Positions 57,430 to 64,000 of a DNA stretch of 64,000 bases are shown one piece after another. The first letter of the stretch is position 1. The number at the start of each line of letters is the position of its first letter. Origin of the DNA: Dehalococcoidia bacterium. GTDB taxonomy: Bacteria; Chloroflexota; Dehalococcoidia; Lucifugimonadales; Lucifugimonadaceae. The stretch lies in assembly GCA_965224305.1 (NCBI GenBank), contig OZ245044.1, forward strand, positions 2,605,027 to 2,669,026, written 5' to 3'. The notes below the pieces were generated by a model, which saw only the letters and a list, made by a program, of their open reading frames with translations, had not been told where the DNA came from and searched no databases. A program made the translations under genes and the position numbers.

Positions 57430-57960
57430 AATACAGCGTCGCCGATGTCGCCAGACCATCGGTCATCCGGGCGGTCGCCGGTAGGTGGAGCGCCCGTAAT
57501 CAGTCAATTTATCTATCTTCGATGCTGTAGCCTCGGCCGCTCGACGAAGCGGTCAGACGTCTGCCGGGTAAAACGGGGTTTCGCTCGGACCTTGAACGGG
57601 CGTCCCCTGCGTGGTCGCTTCCACGCGTCCCCTTCGCTACGCGAAAGGGACGGTACGTCCGTCTGGCTTGCTAGTCGGAGCCGGCTATCTGCTCCGCATC
57701 CGAGCCCTGGAGTCACAATGGCCGGGTTGTCGATCTGCGTTGCGTCCTAACCTATCCTTAACTTCTGGCGGGCACCGTCGCGGCCCGTTTGGGCACGGGC
57801 AGGATTGAAACCTGCCCCCGCCGCGGTCCTGTGTCGTCCCTCCCGCAGACCGGGGTTTCATTATTCGATTGTCGATATCCCTCGTAAAAGGAGCGCTTAC
57901 CCTCGACGCGGCGATACTTCTGGGCGCCGGTGCTGACCGTCGTCTGTTGTTGGCGCTTAG
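57430..57960 (-). ncRNA. Candidate structured non-coding RNA of unknown class (speculative)
   Basis: No ORF above ~100 aa on either strand across 57071-58080. A TTGACA -35 box sits upstream. There are many consecutive perfect hairpins (e.g. GGACG-UAC-CGUCC, CCCUUUCGC-GUA-GCGAAGGG, GCGUGG-AAGCGA-CCACGC, GGCAGG-UUUCAAU-CCUGCC). 5' AGCGCC can pair with 3' GGCGCU. Confidence 0.25.
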
Positions 57961-57965
57961 TTGAT

Positions 57966-57995
57966 ATAATGGCACATGCGTTGTGGGAATGTCAA
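57966..57995 (-). promoter_or_regulatory. Sigma-70-like promoter (TTGACA-18 nt-CATTAT) facing the gene-free region
   Basis: Minus-strand TTGACA at 57995-57990 and CATTAT at 57971-57966. Confidence 0.35.
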
Positions 57996-58080
57996 GCGCG
58001 GATTGGCGGGAAATTTTGGAAGGGGGGAATTTTTTGTTGTTGGTTGTTTGGAGGGTTGCCCCACCCCGGGCATACGCCGC

Positions 58081-59184
58081 TCAACGCATTGCCATGCGGC
58101 GGACGCGGTTTCGTGTTGCTTGGCGGACTTTGGCGGCTACTCGGGTTTGCGATTCCAGTGTCAGGGTGAGGGGTATGGCGATCAGCATCATGAAGGCCAT
58201 GATGGCGTATGCGGGTCGGTAGGATTCGGTGAAGTCGTACATGAGTCCGACGAATAGGGGTCCGATCGTGCCGAAGATGGCGCTGACGGAGCTTGCGATG
58301 CCGACGATGGAGCCGTAGCTTCGTCGTCCGAAGTAGTCGGCGAGGATGGCAAGTCGGAGCGGAATGGACGCGCCAAAACCGAGTCCGAAGCCGAGGACGA
58401 ATATGGGTAGGGGGATGAGTCCCCACTCGATGCCGAGGAATTCGTGGTTGATCAATGAGAGGGCTCCGACGCCTATCATCTGGATGAGGAACGACAGGGC
58501 AAGGAGGATCTTCTTGTCAAATCGGTCGCCGATGAAGCCGATGCTGACGCGACCTAAGATGTCGCCGATGGCGACGGCACCGGCGGCGGTTGCGGCGAGC
58601 CATGCGCCGATTTCGTAGTCGATGAGGGCTGGTAGGTGGAACAGATTGGTTGAGCTGACAAGCTGCCCGACGCTTACGGCGATGGAGATCTGCCAGAAGG
58701 CTCGCAGGCGGAGCACTTCGCGCACGCCGATCGAGATTTCGCGCACCGGGCGGCGGGTACCGCCGGTTCCGTCGGCGACTCGCAACTCGGAATCGCCGTC
58801 GGGCAGCTGGCCGTAGTCTTCCGGTCGGCGGCGCATCATGAACGCGACGGGGATGCCGATGATCCAGAATCCGACGCCGACGCCGAACAGGGCCGGTCGC
58901 CAGCCGTAGGAGTCGATGATCCAGACGAGTAGTGGAAGCACCACCGCGCCGACCGCGGAGAAGGTCATAAGCGTTGAGAACGCCCGGGCACGACGGCGGA
59001 CGAACCAGTTTCCGACGGTTGCGACGAACACGATGAAGGTGCCGAATGACATTCCGAGAGCGAGCAGGAGCACCGATGCGTAGAAGTGCCATAGCGTCTG
59101 CATCTGGCTCATCAGAATGAATCCGAAGCCGGTGACGATGACTCCGAAGATCATGACGCGTTTCGGACCGAATCGGTCGAGCAT
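58081..59184 (-). CDS. MFS transporter (oxalate/formate antiporter-like), paralogue 1; canonical-start model lacks TM1
   Basis: ATG-initiated ORF of 367 aa. The same frame stays open to 59418 and encodes ...KKRPSNIFYGWWIVLGGGLTQFYASAVFWRGFQAFVDP..., which is conserved with paralogue 2. Confidence 0.8.
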   Translation of the reverse strand: MLDRFGPKRVMIFGVIVTGFGFILMSQMQTLWHFYASVLLLALGMSFGTFIVFVATVGNWFVRRRARAFSTLMTFSAVGAVVLPLLVWIIDSYGWRPALFGVGVGFWIIGIPVAFMMRRRPEDYGQLPDGDSELRVADGTGGTRRPVREISIGVREVLRLRAFWQISIAVSVGQLVSSTNLFHLPALIDYEIGAWLAATAAGAVAIGDILGRVSIGFIGDRFDKKILLALSFLIQMIGVGALSLINHEFLGIEWGLIPLPIFVLGFGLGFGASIPLRLAILADYFGRRSYGSIVGIASSVSAIFGTIGPLFVGLMYDFTESYRPAYAIMAFMMLIAIPLTLTLESQTRVAAKVRQATRNRVRRMAMR

Positions 59185-59780
59185 AATGCCGACGAATGGT
59201 GAGATCAGTCCGCTCTCGCCACGCTGAATGGAGACGGCGGCGGCGAATACACCGTGGCTCCATCCGGTGGTGTTCAGGATGGGGTCTACGAACGCTTGGA
59301 ATCCGCGCCAGAAAACTGCGGACGCGTAGAACTGGGTAAGACCGCCGCCGAGAACGATCCACCAACCGTAGAAGATGTTGGATGGGCGTTTTTTAGGCGA
59401 CGCGATGGCTCCCGATGATCATTTTGATTACGAAGTCCGGGGGCGCGGTCGTGCGTGGGTTGGTGCCCCTAATGCGCGTATCAGGATATCGCGCGGAGGC
59501 GGTGGGAATCTCGGAATCGGGTGCGATTCGGTGGGGAAATGGGTAGATGGTCAGGTGGTGGCCGGTTTTGATTGGGCGCGGTTGGCGAGTCGCGCGAGTC
59601 GCACTCAGTGACGCGGGATTGGGTTGGGACTGCAGGTGCGATGACGGATTAATCGTGACAGGTCTGTCGATGCGTTTTTCTAACGGAAACGCCCATGGTC
59701 GAGCACAAAAATAGTTTATACGTGCTATTATAGTGATGGATGTGACATCAAGTGAATAATCAGTCGGGACCGAAACGACA

Positions 59781-60464
59781 ATGTACAACGCGTTAGCGAG
59801 GTTTAAACCGCAAATCAACCGCGGCATTGCTTTCTTACTAATCGTAGGGGTGACGGTGGCAGCGATACCCTCGTTTTCGGTTTGGGTGCTGAGTGAATTT
59901 CTCGATTTGCATGTTTCGAAAGCGGCGGCGATCGTAGGGAGCGTCGGAACTCTGATTGCTATCTCTGTCGGTGGTGTTTTTGCGGTTTATCAGTTCAGGT
60001 TGTTCCGGCACAATGAGCCTCATTTGAGCGTCAAGCAGTCGGTTACGCATCATTCAGTGAGTGACGATTATGTCGCGATCGTAGTGACAACGGAGTTGAG
60101 GAACAGTTCCAAGGTTGAAGTCAAAATCCGTGAATCACTCTTCCGGATTCAACAGTTTGATCAATTCAGCAATGAGGAGGTCGAAGCGTTGTACTTGGAA
60201 ACTTTCGTCAAGGGAAAACATATCCAACTCCAATGGCCTACGTTGGATGCGATCAGACGGAACTGGCTTGTTGGCGAGATTACGGTCGAACCGGGGGAGT
60301 CGCACACGGAGACGTACGAGTTTGTCGTCGGGAAGCACTATCGGTCGGTGATGGTTTACTCGATGTTCTACAACCCCAATTCGTCGAGTGACGACAAGGA
60401 TCGCTTTGGGTGGCATGCGACATCCGTGTACAGTATGGCTCACGAGCATGAGGAGGCGAAATGA
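59781..60464 (+). CDS. 2TM plus beta-strand-rich protein (Cap15/S-2TMbeta-like architecture), orphan
   Basis: Two N-terminal TM helices (IAFLLIVGVTVAAIPSFSVWVL and AAAIVGSVGTLIAISVGGVFAVY). About 150 aa of alternating beta-like segments follow (YVAIVVTTELRN, VEVKI, ITVEPGESHTETYEFVV, SVMVYSMFYN). The locus is AT-rich. Confidence 0.6.
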   Translation: MYNALARFKPQINRGIAFLLIVGVTVAAIPSFSVWVLSEFLDLHVSKAAAIVGSVGTLIAISVGGVFAVYQFRLFRHNEPHLSVKQSVTHHSVSDDYVAIVVTTELRNSSKVEVKIRESLFRIQQFDQFSNEEVEALYLETFVKGKHIQLQWPTLDAIRRNWLVGEITVEPGESHTETYEFVVGKHYRSVMVYSMFYNPNSSSDDKDRFGWHATSVYSMAHEHEEAK

Positions 60465-60604
60465 GCAACAACACCAAGGATTCGGAAAACCAGCAAGTTC
60501 GTAGGGGAGGTCGCGAGGATCGAGGGAGTCGCGAGCGCGAAGCTCCGCCAAAACAGTCTGATTCAAGTAAACCGCCCGGTGCGAAATCCGAGGCGACGAA
60601 TTGA
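60461..60604 (+). CDS. 47-aa disordered basic/acidic mini-protein
   Basis: ATGA overlap with the upstream stop and a GAGGAGG SD 4 nt upstream. Sequence: MSNNTKDSENQQVRRGGREDRGSREREAPPKQSDSSKPPGAKSEATN. Confidence 0.4.
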   Translation: MSNNTKDSENQQVRRGGREDRGSREREAPPKQSDSSKPPGAKSEATN

Positions 60605-60605
60605 A

Positions 60606-60761
60606 ATGGTAGACAACAAAGATGTTGCAAAGAGCCGGAATCAGAAATCATTCGGACAGGATATCGTGGCGGACGGTGGGACCGAGAGAAAGGCGCCTGC
60701 CAAGCAGGATGCGGTTCACCGGACAGGAAAACCGCCGGGTGGCGAAGCCTCGAAATCATAG
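60606..60761 (+). CDS. 51-aa disordered mini-protein, paralogue of the preceding one
   Basis: Starts 1 nt after the previous stop. MVDNKDVAKSRNQKSFGQDIVADGGTERKAPAKQDAVHRTGKPPGGEASKS shares the APxKQ...KPPG..S pattern with the 47-aa protein. Confidence 0.4.
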   Translation: MVDNKDVAKSRNQKSFGQDIVADGGTERKAPAKQDAVHRTGKPPGGEASKS

Positions 60762-60796
60762 CAACTATTTCAGGTCGGTAAACAGGTGATTGATTT

Positions 60797-62083
60797 TCAT
60801 CGCTCCAATGCTCGTCGTCTCACCCGCAGGCGGGCGGTTTGGCGGATCATTGCGGCGACGCGTCTGGGCGATTGAAGCGTAAGGGTCAAGGGGATCGTCG
60901 GCAATAGCAAAAGGGTGAGCACGGCGTAGCCTGGGCGATAGGAGTCGGTGATGTCGGACATGAAGCCGACGAAGAGTAGGCCGGCGGTTACGCATATGGA
61001 GCTGAGGGAGCTGGTGACGCCGACCAAGGTTCCGTAGTTGCGTCGTCCGAAGTAGTCGGCGAGGATGGAGAGTCGGAGCGGGATGGACGATCCGAAGCCG
61101 AAGCCTGAGCAGAAGACGAAGAACGGCAAGGGTGTGAGTCCGAGCGAAATGCCAAGGAATTTGGAGTTGATGAGGGCTAGGGATGCGACGCCGATGGTCT
61201 GGATCGCTAGTGCGGCGGCGAGCAGCGTTTTCGCGCGGAAGCGGTCGCCGATGATGCCGACGGTGATGCGCCCTAGGATGTCGCCGATGGCTACGGTACC
61301 GGCGGCGATGGAAGCGAGCCAGATGCCGAGTTCGTATTGAAGGAGTGCGGGCAGGTGGAAGAGGTTTGTCATGGCGACGAGTTCGCCGATGGCGATGGCG
61401 ATGACGAACTGCCAATATGTCCGCAAACGCAAGACTTCACGCATGCCTACGGAGATCTCACGTGGTCGACTAAGGCGGTGGTGACTCTGGTCCGATTTCG
61501 TGGGGACCAGATCGGAATCTCCGTCTGGACGCATGCCGTAGTCTTCGGGTCGGCGGCGGAGAATCAACAACGCCGGGATGCCGATGACCCAGAAGCCGAA
61601 GCCGATGCAGACGAGGACGGTTCGCCACCCGAATGTTTCGATGGACCATACGAGCAGGGGCAGCGCAATAGCTCCCATGGCGGAGAAGGTCATGAAGGCG
61701 GCGAGTGCCCGAGATCGGTTTCGGATGAACCAGTTGACGATGGTAGTGACGAAGACGATGAATTCGCCGAAGGAGAATCCGACGCCGAGCACGAGCATTG
61801 CGGCGTAGAAGTGCCAGAGCTCCTGCATTTGGCTCATGATGATGAATCCGCATCCGGTGACGAACACCCCGAAGGCCAGAACTGGCCTAGGACCGAAGCG
61901 GTCTATTGCAGCGCCAACGAACGGGGTGATGAAGGAACTCTCGGCTCGTAGTATCGCCATTGCGGAGGCGAATACTCCGGATCCCCACCCGGTGAATGTT
62001 CTGAGGACGGGGTCGACGAATGCTTGGAAACCGCGCCAAAAGACGGCAGACGTGTAGAACTGGACCGTGCCGCTGCCGAGCAC
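60797..62083 (-). CDS. MFS transporter (oxalate/formate antiporter-like), paralogue 2
   Basis: 428 aa from GTG 62083, roughly 60% identical by eye to paralogue 1 along its whole length. The frame is open upstream to 62152. Confidence 0.8.
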   Translation of the reverse strand: MLGSGTVQFYTSAVFWRGFQAFVDPVLRTFTGWGSGVFASAMAILRAESSFITPFVGAAIDRFGPRPVLAFGVFVTGCGFIIMSQMQELWHFYAAMLVLGVGFSFGEFIVFVTTIVNWFIRNRSRALAAFMTFSAMGAIALPLLVWSIETFGWRTVLVCIGFGFWVIGIPALLILRRRPEDYGMRPDGDSDLVPTKSDQSHHRLSRPREISVGMREVLRLRTYWQFVIAIAIGELVAMTNLFHLPALLQYELGIWLASIAAGTVAIGDILGRITVGIIGDRFRAKTLLAAALAIQTIGVASLALINSKFLGISLGLTPLPFFVFCSGFGFGSSIPLRLSILADYFGRRNYGTLVGVTSSLSSICVTAGLLFVGFMSDITDSYRPGYAVLTLLLLPTIPLTLTLQSPRRVAAMIRQTARLRVRRRALER

Positions 62084-62105
62084 GATCCACCAGCCGTAGA
62101 AGATC

Positions 62106-63068
62106 TTAGGACGGCGCCAGTTTAACGTCGCGATGCCTCCCGACGTCGGTTTTCAGCACGTATCGATCGAGGAATGGGCTGACGGCTATTATGAAACCGA
62201 TGGGGTTGTCTCCGGGCACGCGGTGGCTGGCTTTGGGAACGTATGTGGCGGAGCTGCCGGGAACGGTCTCGACCATGCGGCGGACGGTTTCTGGGGTGAC
62301 GAGTTTCGAGTTTTGTCCGAGGACGAATAGCGATGGGACAGTTACTTTGCCGAGTGCCGCCCAGTAGTCTCCGGAGGCGAAGCTGGGGCGGTGGTATTCG
62401 AACAGGCGCGGATCGTTCTTCCATTCCCAGCTACCGTCGGGACGAACGCGGGTGGCTCGCAACAGCGACCCACGGATGGCATCTCGGTTGCGCATCGGGC
62501 TCAATTTGGACACTGTGTCAACCAGGCCCTCGAACGGTCCGTCTTTGGGTAGGGATGAGATGTAGCGGCGTATGCCGTTTCGGGCTTCGCGGTTCATCTC
62601 TGGCGCGACGTCGACGACGACAATGGCGTCAATGGTTTCGGGGTTCTCGGAGGCGTAGAGGTATGAGAGGTTGCCGCCGAGGGAGAGACCGCACAGGCCG
62701 ATTCGGTCGATGCCCATCTCCTGCGAGAGGTGGTTGATCAAACGATGGAGGTCGGAAAGGTAGTGATGAGTCGTGTAGTCAGGTTCGATTGGCCGTCCGC
62801 TGTCGCCGTGGCCGCGTAGGTCGAGTGAAATGCATCGGAATCGGGAGCGCAGCGCTAGGCAAGTGAAGTCCCAAGTTCTGGCTTGCTGTAGGAACCCGTG
62901 GATGAAGATCAAGGCGGGTTTTGCTCTGGTGTCGTCTCCCCAATCGATGAAGTTGAGTTCGAACTCGTCGTTCTGGCGGATGCGATGAGAAATCGGCGGC
63001 GACGCGTCATCGAAGCGGACGCCGGCGCGTTCCGCGGCTGCAATTGTGGTGTCGAATGAGTCAACCAT
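62106..63068 (-). CDS. Alpha/beta hydrolase
   Basis: ALIFIHGFLQQARTWDF and nucleophile elbow LCGLSLGGN; 320 aa. Confidence 0.85.
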   Translation of the reverse strand: MVDSFDTTIAAAERAGVRFDDASPPISHRIRQNDEFELNFIDWGDDTRAKPALIFIHGFLQQARTWDFTCLALRSRFRCISLDLRGHGDSGRPIEPDYTTHHYLSDLHRLINHLSQEMGIDRIGLCGLSLGGNLSYLYASENPETIDAIVVVDVAPEMNREARNGIRRYISSLPKDGPFEGLVDTVSKLSPMRNRDAIRGSLLRATRVRPDGSWEWKNDPRLFEYHRPSFASGDYWAALGKVTVPSLFVLGQNSKLVTPETVRRMVETVPGSSATYVPKASHRVPGDNPIGFIIAVSPFLDRYVLKTDVGRHRDVKLAPS

Positions 63069-63258
63069 TGATTCAATCGTTAGATTACAAGTTGGCGGCT
63101 CTGAGAGTCATCCGAAATGTGTGTCATTGGAGCCGATGTGTGATGATTTCGTGGGTCCGACAGATATCATTCTGGCGTTGCGTCGTATCTTTAGACGTGT
63201 AGACGGAGCGGGTTCCCGCTTCGACGCAGAAGCAAAGTCATCTGGAAAGTTTTGATCG

Positions 63259-64000
63259 ATGCGCATCGGCCAACTATTCAACATCCCGATTCGGGTCCAC
63301 TGGTCGTGGTTGATCGGGTTTGTGTTGATCACGATGTTGATCGCCTCTGGCGGTTTGCCGCTCATCTCGATCAGACTGACGGAGACGCAGGAGTGGGTTA
63401 TCGCGGGGGTTGTGACGCTGTGTCTGTTTCTGTCGGTTTTAGCGCATGAGTTAGCTCATTCACTGACAGCCAAGCGTCTTGGATATTCGGTTATCTCCAT
63501 CACGCTGATGATTTTTGGCGGTGTCAGCCTTATCCGGGAGCTGAGATCTAGAGCATCGCATGATTTTCTGATCGCGGCGGCTGGTCCGGCGATGTCGCTG
63601 GCGATCGGTGTATTGGCGTTGGTTTTGTACTTCGTGCTTCGCGACCCGTCCGCCACTGGGTTGTCGGCGTTGCTGCAGGGGATCCTGTTTTACGTCTGGT
63701 TTCAGAATTTCGCGCTAGCGGCGTTCAACATGTTGCCCGGGTTGCCGCTTGATGGCGGGCGGGTATTGCAATCGGTGGTTTGGGGATTGACGAAGAATCG
63801 CAGGTTTGCGGCGCGTGTGGCTGGGAGAGCAGGACAGGTGTTGGCGGTTGCGATGATTGGTGCGGGGATCGTTTTGATCATCAGAAACGGCGATTTGACG
63901 AGCGGATTGTGGTTGATGTTGATCGCGTTGTTCATTTTGCCGACTTCAATCGCGGCGACACGCAGCGGCGGTCGAGGTCGTCGTGAGGAACAGGTGGTGG
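63259..64000 (+). CDS. Site-2 protease family (M50) metalloprotease, N-terminal part; continues past window
   Basis: From ATG 63259: MRIGQLFNIPIRVHWSW...LAHELAHSL (HExxH)...FNMLPGLPLDGGR. There is no stop before the window end. Confidence 0.8.
   Translation, partial: MRIGQLFNIPIRVHWSWLIGFVLITMLIASGGLPLISIRLTETQEWVIAGVVTLCLFLSVLAHELAHSLTAKRLGYSVISITLMIFGGVSLIRELRSRASHDFLIAAAGPAMSLAIGVLALVLYFVLRDPSATGLSALLQGILFYVWFQNFALAAFNMLPGLPLDGGRVLQSVVWGLTKNRRFAARVAGRAGQVLAVAMIGAGIVLIIRNGDLTSGLWLMLIALFILPTSIAATRSGGRGRREEQVV

Noticed and set aside
57781-57830. tRNA-like T-arm (gggcagg-attgaaa-cctgccc)
   Set aside because: The loop does not fit the UUCRANY T-loop on either strand, and no acceptor, D or anticodon arms can be built around it.
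57430-57960. tmRNA or RNase P RNA in the gene-free region
   Set aside because: There are partial resemblances: GGAUAUCGAC...GAAACCCC, a GCUCCACC end, and CGACAACCCGGCC versus the P4 ACAGAACCCGGCUUA. The decisive elements are missing or misplaced. No T-arm sits next to the putative 3' end, there is no 5' GGGG acceptor partner, and no tag ORF ends in (A/V)AA. The universal GGAAAGUCCGG is absent, and the P4-like string lies mid-molecule.
58517-59365. Arg/His/Pro-rich ORFs antisense or out of frame to real genes (also 60765..61415, 2987..3499, 22870..23418, 42520..42765, 14753..15073)
   Set aside because: This is the typical alternative-frame artefact of GC-rich coding DNA. The sequences are low-complexity and carry no motifs. 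Each is fully covered by a gene with clear family signatures.
59393-59827. 144-aa minus-strand ORF upstream of MFS paralogue 1
   Set aside because: Its composition is not protein-like, and it overlaps the AT-rich promoter and the start of the 2TM gene. Only its last ~15 aa resemble the hydrolase C-terminus, which I read as a deletion remnant.

Overview
High-GC bacterial chromosomal segment. Composition and the T-box leader suggest Chloroflexota or Firmicutes, but that is inference only. Most of it is housekeeping: cinA, ADH, AKR, a MoxR-DUF58-transglutaminase operon, ogt, argG, argD, plsY, peptidases, transporters and a lone E2 acyltransferase. I recognised no rRNA, tRNA, CRISPR array, integrase or transposase.

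The dominant structure is a roughly 25 kb run of minus-strand genes (46075 to 21331). It begins with a Trp T-box leader and trpS-trpE-trpG. It is then interrupted by a complete type I R-M system (hsdM with an N-terminal HTH fusion, hsdS, hsdR and a short DUF45 peptidase). That system carries a cargo region of defence-gene debris and a small toxin-antitoxin-like pair. The run resumes with trpD and is interrupted again by an MFS gene and a 1898-aa DUF4011 / Upf1-like helicase / Vsr-like nuclease / DUF3320 protein (Hhe-like). It ends with trpC-trpF, an oxidoreductase, a solitary SPPY DNA methyltransferase and plsY.

Best candidates for something undescribed:
- The giant helicase-nuclease has about 915 aa between its Walker A and DEAS motifs, built from two internally duplicated modules, partly in an AT-rich patch.
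- An AT-rich three-gene cassette (59781-60761) encodes a 2TM plus beta-rich Cap15-like protein and two tiny paralogous disordered basic proteins. It sits between diverged copies of an MFS/hydrolase unit.
- A 41-bp near-perfect palindrome is centred on the start codon of the HTH-hsdM fusion.
- A secreted 922-aa protein consists of ten Cys-containing repeats of about 85 aa.
- A roughly 1 kb gene-free, hairpin-rich region has a consensus -35 box.

All functional calls rest on motif reading by eye and need HMM or BLAST confirmation.
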